Positions 14,970 through 36,758 are shown, counted from the first letter of the stretch. The stretch: DNA of 64,000 nucleotides from the human T2T-CHM13v2.0 reference genome, Homo sapiens (GCF_009914755.1 NC_060930.1), one strand, 5' to 3'. Made by a program: numbers and translations. The notes: generated by a model from the letters alone, not told the origin.

Positions 14970-16839
14970 CCCCAAAAACCTTCTTATTTTAAAATGATTT
15001 CAAACATATAGAAAAATCAGAAAAACAGTACAAAGAACACTCATATACTTTTTACCTAGATTGTTAATATTATACATTTGCTTTTTCTCTACCTATCCAT
15101 CTATTTATTTATATGTCTTTATATCTCTTTATATATATATATACTTACTGAAACATTTGAAAGTTGCAGATAATCATCTTCCTATATTACTCAATACTTT
15201 ATCTTTAAATTCAAATTCAAATTTTACCAGCTGTCCCAATCATGTCTCTGACAACACTTTTTCCCCTCAATCCAGGATCACAAATTGCATTTGGTTGCTA
15301 TCTCTTTAGTCTCTATTAACCTGGAACAGTTTCCTGGCCTTTCTTTATCTTTCATGATATGAAATGACAATGAATTTTTAAAGGTTAGGTGTTTTGTAGA
15401 TTAGTTCAGTTTTAAAACTTCACAACAAAGTGCCAAAGATGTCTTGGCAGCAGTGCTCAAAACAGGTTGGAGATGCATAGGAGCCACAGAGAAGGGTCTG
15501 GTTCAAAGGCCAGTGGTCGTCTCATTACAGCACTGCTCCATCAGGTCTAGGTCTGGAGACTTGGTAGCACGTCTATGGCCCCAAAGTGTGTAGAGAATGT
15601 TGAGAATTGCCTAGGGTGGCAGACTTAGAGGAAGAAAGGTTGGTATGAGGCCTGTCTAAAATTGAATTTGGCTATAGAGTTATGGAAGGGTTTTAGGCCA
15701 TGTCTGGGTGGAATCAGATTCAGTCAGCAAGTAAGGGGTCTTTGGGAGGTGAGCTTAGGCTGTCTGGGCCCCTTCGAGGAGGGCAGATTTTATGGGGAAG
15801 GGCTCTCCTAGAAGAACCTAGTTTAGGATGAGCAAATCACGCAGGTTCATTCTCCACTTTACCCTAGCACTTCCTAGGCTCAGTGGTGGTTTTGAACTTT
15901 TCCCATCCCTGCAATTACTCCATAAAGGGAATGTGCAAGGAAGAGGGGAGGAAAGAGATGTGAGTTCTGCCAGAGGCTTCACTGTTTCATTCCCAGATTT
16001 ATTTGAAACCAACCCTCCTCCTGTACTTCATGCTCTCCAAGCTCATGGTCCTGGAACTTCACATTTACATAATACGGAATTTTTTTTATTACCCTTGATC
16101 TTTATGCATGCAATCTTTCTGAACACCCTGGACCCCCTCCTTCTCTTGGTGACCTTTTCCTTCTCCAAAACATGGTTCACCAGTTATTACCTCTGCAGCA
16201 GTGGTCCTTCCAGGAGTTGCTTGCTGCTTTGTTCTTCTCTCAGCCTCAACACTTTTTCTTATCTTGTTACAGCATTTAGAATGTAATGTTTTGTTTTGTT
16301 TTTAAAACACATCTTGGCTTTCTGGAAACTTATATAGAAAATAATTTTTTTTCCCTCAATAGATATATGGCTAGGGTCCAGCCTAATGTCTGCCATAGAG
16401 AAGCCTAATGTCCAGCCTAATGTCAATAAATGTTTATTGTGGGCATAAAGGAATACATTTTAAAATAATGGAGTGTTTAGGTAAAATTAGGATTATTAGC
16501 TTGAGTCATTTAAAATCATCCACAAGAACCAGATCAAATGTACATGTCTTTAATACTGGTGAAAGAAGTAGTTACGCTGTCTTAAAGGCAAAACGATATG
16601 GACATAGCCACCAGAAATACAAGAGTGCCATCTCTTGGTAAACCTGTTAGCAGACAGAGAAGACACTGAGAAGCCATGTAAAATATACTTGATAATGTGT
16701 CTCTTATGTAGGTTATGTAAAATGTGGAAGAAAGATGGAAACAAAATTGAGAGACGTGGTTATGGCATTTTCCAGGAAAATTGGAAAATATTTTCTCCTA
16801 ATAATTCATGCAAAATGTAATGATATTTTTTAATGCAGA

Positions 16840-18138
<1,299 letters not shown>

Positions 18139-18864
18139 TCTTTTTTTCTTTTATTTTTAGTTGACATATAATAACTGTACATATATACGGGATAAAGAGT
18201 GATATTTTTATATGTGTACACAATGTGTAATAATCAAATCAGAGTAATTAGTATATCCATCACCTTAAACATTTATCATTTATTTTGTTGTGAGTATTCA
18301 AAATTCTTTTCTAGCTTTTTGAAAATATACAATAAATGAGAGTTAACCATATGCACCCTACAATGGTGCAGAACACCGGAACTCATTTCTACAATCTAGC
18401 TGTAATTTTGTCACCATTAACCAACCTCTCCCTATCCTCCCCTCCTTGCTACCCTTCCCAGCTTCCGGTACCCACAGTTCTGTTCTCTAAATCCATGAGC
18501 TAAAAATTTTTCTCTACTTTCACATATGAGTGATAACATGTAGTATTTATCTTTCCAATCCTAGCTTATCTTACTTAACATAATGTTCTCCAGTTTCATC
18601 TACGTTGCCACAAATGACAAGATTGCATTCTTCTCATGGCCAAATAGTATTTCATTGTGTATATATGCCACATTTTCTATCCATTTGTCTGTTAATGAAC
18701 ATTTAGGGTTGACTCTATATATCAGCTCTTGTGAAGAGTGACGCAATAAACATGGGGATGTAGGTGTCTCTTTGTATACTGATTTCCTTCCCTTTGGATA
18801 AATAGCCAGTAGCAGATTTTCAGCCTCATCTGGTAGATCTATTTTTAGGTTTCTGAGAAACCTC

Positions 18865-19428
18865 TGTTGTCAGTGGGCTGGTTCAGATTCTTGAATTCCC
18901 TGCACAAAAGAATTTGAAAGCCAGTCCAAAGTAAAAGTAGGCAAAGGAGTTTATTGCAAGGTGAAAGTACACGCTGATAGCAGAGTCAGGGTCGGCTACT
19001 TCAGCACCAATTGACACTGAAGAAACTCCCGTTATGGGAGTCCTACGTGATTATCCATGAGGGGGTGGGAATGGGCATTGTTGTTAAATATGTTTTGGGT
19101 GGTCTCTTGAATGTGCATGCAATATTGCCATACACGCTAGTACATACATCACATGTATTATTAGCATTTTAATTCTCTACCCAAGGGTGTGTTTCTTACT
19201 ATTAAAATGAGTATATGTCAACCTGAGAACACAGCTTGTGGGTTTCTGCACTTGCACGAACTTAGGGATTTTCCCTCCTGCTCTTCTACCTCCTTGACTG
19301 AGGATATTCTAACCACTAGCCCCAGATGCAGTTTGTGTAATGTCAAGAGATTTGTTCTCTCCATCAATTTGACAAGTTTCTTGTTTCCTTTCAAGGGAGG
19401 CTGTGACCACCCTATGTAACCTACCTCA
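18865..19428 (-). mobile_element. ERV1-class solo LTR inserted in L1MA
   Basis: TG...CA termini and TSD cctc/cttc. The L1 sequence gagaaacctc|catact resumes across it. Confidence 0.65.
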
Positions 19429-19615
19429 CTTCCATACTATTTTGCATAATGGCTATGCTAATTGACATTTCCACCAGTAGGATATAAGAGTCCCCTCTTC
19501 TGTACATCCTCACCAGCATTTGTTATTTTTTGTTTTTTTGACAATAGCCATTCTAACTGGGGTGAGATGATACCTTATTGTGGTTTTGATTTGCATTTCC
19601 CTGATGATTAGTTAT

Positions 19616-19984
19616 TTATATGGTTTGGCTGTGTCCCTACCCAAATCTCATCTTGAATTGTAACTCCCACAATTCCCATGTGTCCTGGGAGGAACCCAGT
19701 GGGAGGTGACTGAATTATGGGCCGGGTCTTTCCTATGCTGTTCTTATGATAGTGAATGAGTCTCACGAGATCTGATGGTTTTAAAAACGGGAGTTTCCCT
19801 GCACAAGCTCTCTCTTTGCCTGCTGCCATCCATGTAAGATGTGACTTGCTCCTCCTTGCCTTCCACCATGATTGTGAGATCTCTCCAGCCATGTGGAACT
19901 GTAAGTCCATTAAACCTCTTTCTCTTGTAAATTCCCCAGTCTCAGGTTAAGTCTTTATTAGCAGCATGAAAACAGACTAATACA
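19616..19984 (+). mobile_element. THE1 (MaLR) solo LTR
   Basis: atatggtttggctgtgtccctacccaaatctcatcttg...agactaataca; TSD gttat/gtgat. Confidence 0.9.
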
Positions 19985-20772
19985 GTGATGTTGAGCATTC
20001 TTTCATATATTTGTTGGCCAATTGTATGCCTTCTTTTGAGAAATGTCTGTTCAGTTCACTTGCCCACTTTTTAAATGAATTGTTGGTTGTGCACGGGTGG
20101 CTCGTGCCTATAATCCCAGCACTTTGGGTGGCTGAGGCAGGAGAACTGCTTGGGACTAGGAGTTTGGGACAAACCTGGGCAACACAGAAAGGCCCTGTCT
20201 CTAAAAAAATGAAAATAATAAAAATAAATGAATTATTAAATCTGACTACAGTAGAAATAAATTTGAAATCAATAAAAATAAGAAATGTAGGAAAAAAACA
20301 CACATATTTGGAAATTAAACATCATTCTAATTAATCAATCTCTCCAAACAAATCACAAAAAATTACAAAATACATTGTACTATATAATAATGACAATAAA
20401 GCACATCAAAATTCATGGGATGCAACTTAAACAGTGTGTAGAGAGATCTGTAACTTAAATTGCTTATAGTAGAAAACAAATAAAGTCTAAAATGAAAGTC
20501 CAGATTCTACAAAGGTGGTATGTCTAATAAGAGATACTTGTGTTCTCCCAGTAATACTGCGATCCCAAAGGATGATAAAAGTAAACTAGAAGTAATCCCA
20601 TCCTACTCTCTGGAAACTGCTAGAATGTTTGCTCTGCTTCTCAGCAGAGCAAGGGATGTGAGAGAGGTGGGGAGAGACAGAGAGAGAGAGAGAGAGAGAG
20701 ATCATCAATCCTGATAAGTTGTAACCACAAGCCAACTTTTATACACATTTAGGCTAAAAAATAAAAAGTCTT

Positions 20773-21600
<828 letters not shown>

Positions 21601-21639
21601 GGGATCAGTTAGGAGGTTTGAGTAAATAAGGTTAAAAGT

Positions 21640-24320
<2,681 letters not shown>

Positions 24321-24484
24321 TTTTTTTTTTCTTACAGATGAGATATCATGCTGTCGTTCAGGCTGGAGTGACCATGATCCTCTTACTGGGATCACAGATC
24401 ACGCATGCTCCAGTCTGAGCAGCAGCATGAGCTCCAGCTTGCTCCAGCCTGAACAGCAGCCATAAATTCTTTCACACACAAAAG

Positions 24485-28900
<4,416 letters not shown>

Positions 28901-29103
28901 ATGCAGCCTTGAATTCCTGGGCTGAAGCCATCTTCCCACTTCAGCCTCCTGAGTAGCAGGGACTACAGGCACACACCATCATGCCTGGCTAATTTTTTTG
29001 TATTTTTTTTTTTAGAGATGGGGTCTCACTGTGTTGCCCAGGCTGGTCTTGAGCTCCTAGGCTAAAGCAATCCTCCTGTGTCATCCTCCCAAAGTGTTGG
29101 GCT

Positions 29104-30018
<915 letters not shown>

Positions 30019-30345
30019 GGATTACAGGTGTGAGTGAGCCACCATCCCCAGCCTTAGTAAATTTTTATTTCAGTTATTATATATTTTTATTTATTTTCTG
30101 TTTTTCAGTTATTATATTTGAAACTCCAGAATTTTTATTTAGAATGTATTAACAAATCAGGAGTACTGGCATAAGCCTGGCACAAAGCAAATGTTGACAT
30201 AGGTCTGGCACAAAACAAGTGTTCAATGCATTTTAGCTACCTTTAAGTGTATTATTACTAGCTGCTTCTGGGGCTATCCGGGGAAAATTATCCTTGCAAA
30301 ACCCCCACTCACTTCCAGAGCAGGCTTCAGTGAAGCAGTCATCTG

Positions 30346-30922
30346 TGTCATGACAAGAGCCAAACTCTGTAAAACATTTGAAGAGATTTATTCTGAGCCA
30401 AATTTGAGTGACCATGGCCCATGACACAGCCCTCAGGAGGTCCTGAGAACAAGCGCTCAAGGTGGTTGGGATGCACCTTGGCTTTATACATTTTAGGGAG
30501 GCATGGGACATCAATCAAATACGTTTAAGAAATGTACACTGGTTTGGTCCAGAGAGGCGGGACAACTGGAAGCAGCGGAGGAGTGGGGTGGAGGTGATGA
30601 CAATTGGTTGAGTTTGTATAAAGATTTGGGATTAATAGAAAGGAGCACTAGGTTGTGATAACAGGTTGTGAAGACCAAAGTTGTACTATGGGATGAAGTT
30701 TTTAGCTAGCAGGCTTCAGAGAGAATAGGTTGTAAAATGTTTCTTATCAGACTTAAAAGCTGTGTTGATGTTAATGCCAGAGAGGAATAATGAGGCATGT
30801 TCAACCCCCACTTCCCTTAATGGCCTGAGCCAGTCTTTCAGGTTACATTTTAAGAAGCCTGACTGAAGAGAAAGTCTATTCAGATGGTTGGGGGGCTTTA
30901 GAATTTTATTTTTGTTTTATAC
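30346..30922 (-). mobile_element. MER4-family LTR
   Basis: Characteristic gaagagatttattctgagccaaat...cctcaggaggtcctgagaac...ttagaattttatttt. Confidence 0.75.
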
Positions 30923-31475
30923 CTTTGCCCTTGGAAGTTTTGCTGAAAAATGAACACAAAAAAAGGCAGATTCATAAGATAAAAGGCTTTACAATTTAAT
31001 TACTCTGTGGTTCTCCTCATGCACATAGTACCAATATCCCAGTGGAATTTAGAAGCTTATATGCCAACTTGAAGTTGAAGAAGTAACAGGGGCTTGATCC
31101 CTGCAAAATAGGTTATGGGAAACAGAAGAAGAGGAATTCTGTTGAGGGGCAATATGTAACTACCAGGAGAGACTAATTGGATCAAAGAACAGATAAATTT
31201 GTAAATAGTTCTCCTTGGAATTTAAATGATGCTTAGAGACTGATTATCTTATAAAAGGGTCTGTTCAGGTGTGGTTACATTCTTGGTCTTTCCTATAATG
31301 CACAATGAGATAACAGGGAGGGAGAAAAGAACAATTGTTCTCGCTGGTGGGGCCATCCTATTTTTATGTACCTAGGGAAAAGTCTCTTTAGTGTCTGTTG
31401 ATCTCTAAGAGTTTTTCATTCAAAATACTCATTATATCAGGAAGCCATATTTTGGGGTGAAATTCACTACTCCCT
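30923..31475 (-). mobile_element. MER34/MER39-group ERV1 LTR
   Basis: Colinear similarity to the LTR at 37948-38653, for example ttcaaaatactcattata...atattttggggtgaa. Confidence 0.6.
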
Positions 31476-31521
31476 TTTAGAGATACGGGTACAAACTGTT
31501 TGTAAAGAATGCTAAGACTTT

Positions 31522-31820
<299 letters not shown>

Positions 31821-32629
31821 TGCTAAGACTTACTTTGGGACATCCTTTGTCAGGGTCCATGATTCTGATTAGCTCAAGGCAGGTATTTTTTTTTTTTAAT
31901 AGAGACAGCGTCTTGCTATGTTGGCCAGGCTGGTCTCGAACTCCTGGCCTCCAGTGACTCCCCCCACCTCAGCCTCCCCAAGTGCTGTGATTACAGGTGT
32001 GAGCCACCACACCGGTCTGGTTTTTTTTGGTGGTTGTTGTTTTAATCCTATAATCCTGTGTCCTTTCTTCCTACCTCTGAGTAGTGCTTACTCTCTCCCC
32101 TTTAGTCATTTGAAAAGTTTATCAGAAAGTGGGTGCAGTTTCAGGCTGGGTACCGTGGCTCATGCCTGTAATCCCAACACTTTGAAATGCTTAGATGGGA
32201 GGATCATTTGAACCCAGTTCAAGATTACAGTGAGCTGTGATCGTACCATTGTACTTCAGCCAGGGTGACAGTGCAAGAGCCTGTCTCTAAAAACAGACAA
32301 AAAATTGCTTTCACACTGTGATGCTATCACATCTCTCCTAAGCTCTTGTTGGGGCTCAGAAATTGATACCCTAATATATGGCCCTTGGTCATATTGAACT
32401 GAAGAAGCCTCAAAGTCTCTCTGACATCCCTGCCACCAACTATCCCTACCAAAACACATCGTGGAATTAAAGTTTCTTTATCTACCTAAGATCCAGACCC
32501 ACCAAAAAGAGCAATTATTTTTATTTACCCTTCCTGTAAGACCAAGAATGTAACCATGCCCGAACGGACTTTCACAAGATAATGTTCAAGTTAATCTCTG
32601 TTCCCTGATCTACTTACTCTCCCTAGTAA

Positions 32630-33083
32630 TGAAAGGAGTTGGCCAGCTTGCTTTAGGCAGACAGTAAGGGAATGGTACCCAGAGAACCTCTGACCTGCCC
32701 CACAAGTGCTTACACCGGATGTTTTGTGCAGATAAGGGAACTTGCACAGGGGGCTTGCCTAAACATGCCTGCAGTGGATGATTCCTTTCCTTAACACATG
32801 CGCAGTTCAGGAAATTAATCAATATGGAGTAGCTCAGTCTAAAGGCCTGCATGCACTGGTAGGACAGGGTGGAGTTGTCAGGAATTTGAGTCTTAAGCCC
32901 TAGTATTCAACTGTGAAGAGCAAACCAGAAATCTGCTTTCAGGACCCTTGTCTTTGCTGAGAGCTTTCCTTTCACTTAATAAATTCTACTCCACTCATTC
33001 TTTGATGGCTGCATGCCTAATTCTTCCTGGCTGTGAGACAAAAACCCGGACCTAGCTGAGCGAAGGAGCAAAAATCCGCAACA
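32630..33083 (+). mobile_element. MER61-family solo LTR (ERV1)
   Basis: tgaaaggagttggccagcttgctttaggcagacag...gcaaca; perfect 4-bp TSD GTAA; AATAAA retained. Confidence 0.8.
32751..32770. promoter_or_regulatory. Perfect p53 response element
   Basis: GGGCTTGCCT-AAACATGCCT: two exact RRRCWWGYYY decamers with zero spacer. Confidence 0.8.
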
Positions 33084-34533
33084 GTAATCCCATCAACAGA
33101 GTTTCTCTTCTTCCCCTCCCATAATCTGTTTTGCCAGGATAATATATAAGCTTTTAAGCCCTCTTGGGAAGTGGATAATCATTCTATGGTTCTCCCTGTG
33201 TACATGTTAATAAATTTGTGAGTTGATTTTTCAGCAAAGTTTCCCCAGAAGCCAAAGGGGAAATTTCCCTTGGCCCCTCCACTCTCTTTTCCCAGCTCTT
33301 CTTTTACTTTCGTTTTTATTTCCTCAGCCCAGTAGGTCACAGCCTTCTTTTTATTTCTTCTCTGTCCAAACCATCAGTATATCCTACAGGTGGGAGAGAA
33401 GCAGCTCTCTGGGAAACCAGTAAGCACCATGAGTTCTGATACTTTCTAGTACCATTTGACATATTAACATCCCCGCCACCCCTAATATGTATGGACACGC
33501 ACACACATACCACATCACATGCATCACACTAACACAAACTATGTATCACATACCACACACAGCACACACAGTACCACATACCCCACACAACACCCACACC
33601 ACACTACGTGCATCATGCACATATGTGCACACACCTCTTGTGATGTGTGTTTAGTGCAATTCAGAAAGTTACTCTTTGATTTAATGCACATCACTATGCT
33701 TAGAAATATTCTAGTTACTGGGATTCATCAGTGAACAATATTGAAAAAAATCCATCCCTTTGCATTCTCATGAGGGAAGCAAACACTAAACAAAATAAAT
33801 TAGTAAAATATTCAGTGATAAGTGCCATGGGAACAAAATAGATTTGAAAATGTTTGGGAGGGAGAGAGGGGTACACTTGCTAACAAGTGGTCAGGATAGG
33901 GTTAGTTGAGAGGCAAAATCTGAAGGAGTTGAGGAAAGGCATTCTAGGAATAGCTGAGTGCTGACTCTTGCCCACAGTGGGAACACACAGTACAGAGCTT
34001 CTGAAGGAGACTCTAGTGACCTACTTCCCATTGTGAGTCTTTGGACTCCTATATCCCATAATCACAGGATCAAGCCTAACTTTACATATTAGAGATAATG
34101 CATTCCTCCTTGGGGATAGTTCAGGTTGATTTCTCCCTAGGCCTGCCTTTGTCAACATATTCCTGAAGTCTCATCTGCACCCCCTCTCTGCTTCTAATAT
34201 TGGCCACTCTGTGCATGAACCAGCCCCTCCTTCCTGCAATGGGAAACAGGTGTGAGATGGGACAGCTGTCACAATCCGTTTTGCTTTTGTCTTGCTGTTA
34301 TTATTGGTAATGGTAGTTTGTTTCCTTTTTAGCATTCACTAGCTTCCTTTTCCTGATCCTTTGATAGTGTTACCAGAAAGGGGGTCCCAACCCAGACCCT
34401 AAGAGAAGGTTCTTAGATCTCGTGTGAGAAAGAATTTGGGGCAAGTCTACACAGTAAAGTGAAAGCAAGAAAGTAAAGGAATAAAAGAATGGCTACTCTA
34501 CAGGCAGAGCATCAGCTTCTGGACTAAGGATAC

Positions 34534-34898
34534 TGATATGGTTTGGCTGTGTCCCCACCTAACTCTCATCTTAAATTCCCACATATTGTGGGAGGGACCT
34601 GGTGGGAGGTAATTGAATCATGGGGGCAGGTCTTTCCCTGAGTAATTTATACTGCTGTTCTCATGATAGTCAATAAGTTTCATGAGACCTGATGGTTTTA
34701 TAGGAAGGAATTTCCCTGCACAAGCTCTTTGCCTGCTGCCATCCATGTAAGACCTGACTTGCTCCTCCTTGCCTTCTGCTGTGGTTGTGAGGTCTCCCCA
34801 GACACGTGGGACTGTAAGAGCATGAAACATTTTTTCCTGGTATAAATTACTCAGTCTCAGGTATGTCTGGATCAGCAGTGTGAAAATGGACTAATACA
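34534..34898 (+). mobile_element. THE1 (MaLR) solo LTR
   Basis: tgatatggtttggctgtgtcccc...ggactaataca; perfect 5-bp TSD GATAC. Confidence 0.93.
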
Positions 34899-34956
34899 GA
34901 TACTTACAGTTATTTCTTGATTATGTACTAAACAAGGAGTGGATTATTCATATGTT

Positions 34957-34986
34957 TTCTGGGAAAGATGTGGGCAATTCCCAGAA
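34957..34986. promoter_or_regulatory. Tandem GAS (STAT) motifs in MER41B
   Basis: TTCTGGGAA 34957-34965 and TTCCCAGAA 34978-34986, both exact TTCnnnGAA. Confidence 0.7.
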
Positions 34987-36594
34987 CCAAGCGTTCCTCC
35001 CCTTTTTAGACTATATAGGGTAGCTTCCTGACATCGCCATGGTATTTATAAACCACTATGGAGCTGGTGGGAATGCCTTCTAACTTGCTAACACATTATA
35101 ATTCGTGTATAATGAGCAATGAGAATGACTAGAGGCCACTCTTGTTGCCATCTTGATTTTGGTGGGTTTTGGTCAGCTTCTTTACTGCAACCTGTTTTAT
35201 CAGCAAGATCTTTATGACCTGTGTCTTGTGCCAACTGCCTATTTCATCCTGTGACTTACAATGCCTAACTTCCTGGGAATGCAGCCCAGTAGGTCTCAGC
35301 CTTATTTTACCTAGCCCCCATTCAAAATGGAGTCATTCTGGTTTGAACACCTCTGACAATAGGACAGATCTGGAATGAGCCATGCCTGGGTACAGAGTCA
35401 CATCCACAACAATGAAAGTTGTAGATATCTGCAAGGACTCATCGTGGGACCAAGGATTCAGGGGCTCATTCTTTCTCCTCTCTCTGTGTGCTGGTTGCCT
35501 CAGGAGTAGAATGTCCCATGCTATGCATGGGGTCTGCAACCATCATGCCAGGGCATGATGAATCGTAGGTGGCAAAACAACAGAAGGCTCTGTGAGCACC
35601 CAGGAGGGTGCAGTGCTGAAGAGTCTTCTGCTTGGTATAGGAAGAAAGGAACGTGTTTCCCAATCTTGCCTTTATTTTGAGTAGTTGGACCAGAGGGATT
35701 GCAGCTGGGCCAAACTCCATGTTCCATTGGCTATCAGGGTCAGCAGGCAGGCCAGGGGCCCAGACAGGCCAGTGGCTCCCAGAATTCAAGTTTAATTTCT
35801 CCTCCCACCTGTGTCCTGAGCTCCCCTTACTGGTTCCCTTGGACCACTGCATCTACTTAAGCCAGCATTTATTATGTTGTTATCATAAATGCCTCTTACA
35901 CCTGAGACTTATAAATGTGACAAGCTCTTATTGTGAGATAGTAATCCATCTTTTTTCCCCATGAAATAATAATTCTAACGGGTGGTGATAGTACTTTTCC
36001 TTTCATTTTGAAGTGGAGAAGCTGGAGCTAAGTCATTAAGGACTTGACCCTGGACCCCACAGCCTTTTCTCCACAAAGCACAAAGCAGAGTGATGGTCCC
36101 AGGGATCCCACACAGCTCTAAGCTGGGGGCACTCACTGCTGGGCCACTAGTGACTCCCATTTTCTATCCTGGCTGACCCTCGCTATTGAAGAAGATCTGA
36201 GTCCTGCAGAAGGACAGCAAGGAGAAAAACAAGACACAGAACGGGACAGAGAAGAATAGAAAGCTGACTCAGATGAATTTTGTGATGCCAATGAGTCCTA
36301 CTGCTGTTACCACCCCTTTTTCCACCACACCCTTCAGAGCAGTTATAGAACCACAAGCAACCCATAAATAGCAAAAGAAGTAACATCAGCTAGGAAGGCT
36401 TAAGGACTCCCAAGGGAGTTGGTGGCAAAAGTAGAAAGATCTCAAATCAGAGTCTGTGAACTGAACCTCTGCAGGCTTCCTGTTTTTAGATACTCTGTGT
36501 TGGGGTCACATGATAGTTTACAGGGTTATTAATTGGTTCCTTCTTTTTATTGCTGTAAAAGAAGGATATTTTCTTCCTACGTTTCCCCCTCCTT

Positions 36595-36727
36595 TACCGG
36601 AGAGGCGGAGTGCAAATGATATGAACAACGTCACTAGTTTTCTCCTAAATCTTATGAGCCCCGCCTCCCACAGTAGTTTCACTTCTCAGTTTAATCCGGT
36701 CTGAGTTAACTTCCTGACCCAGGAAGT
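36595..36727 (+). promoter_or_regulatory. TRIM38: TRIM38 core promoter: GC box, ISRE/IRF element, inverted pair of ETS sites
   Basis: CCCCGCCTCC 36658-36667; AGTTTCACTTCTC 36675-36687 (ISRE-like); ACTTCCTG-acc-CAGGAAGT 36709-36727. No TATA box. Fits an interferon-inducible TRIM gene. Confidence 0.75.
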
Positions 36728-36758
36728 GGCAGCAACAGAGGGGACTAGCAGCGAATAT
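36728..36758 (+). other. TRIM38: TRIM38 non-coding exon 1 (5' end approximate)
   Basis: Donor TAT|gtaagt at 36758/36759 directly downstream of the promoter motifs. The start site is inferred, not visible. Confidence 0.7.

Larger units (their letters stand above)
18139..20080 (-). mobile_element. L1MA 3' region, interrupted by two LTRs
   Basis: Antisense L1 3' UTR/ORF2 end, for example catcctcaccagcatttgttatt and gtggttttgatttgcatttccctgatga. Confidence 0.8.
32347..33281 (+). mobile_element. MER39-like LTR, host of the MER61 insertion
   Basis: tgttggggctcagaaattgatacc...ttggcccctcca; TSD CTCT. Confidence 0.7.
34368..35358 (-). mobile_element. Solo MER41B LTR (ERV1) with nested THE1
   Basis: Termini tgttacc...ctctgaca; perfect 4-bp TSD ATAG (34364-34367 and 35359-35362); MER41B-type GAS segment present. 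Confidence 0.9.
33960..35780 (-). pseudogene. Candidate decayed TRIM-family pseudogene (RING, B-box and PRY/SPRY remnants) interrupted by MER41B/THE1
   Basis: Minus strand reads VDVTLYPGMAHSRSVL|SKDQ across the MER41B insertion, 9/18 identical and ungapped against TRIM38 [22 protein letters not shown]-like WPVW..DP..HGVWPSC..LHP and B-box-like LFC..GHST lie upstream. Multiple stops and frameshifts. Confidence 0.6.

Noticed and set aside
15828-16286. 152-aa plus-strand ORF, the longest outside TRIM38
   Set aside because: No recognisable domain, pyrimidine-rich composition and no supporting gene structure; consistent with chance.
16376-16424. Short iterated agcctaatgtc units (similar small repeats at 17826-17902)
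   Set aside because: Two or three copies without regular unique spacers; slippage duplications, not a CRISPR-like array.
35466-35852. 128-aa minus-strand ORF as a functional protein
   Set aside because: It drifts between ancestral frames and the zinc ligands are lost; treated as part of the pseudogene.
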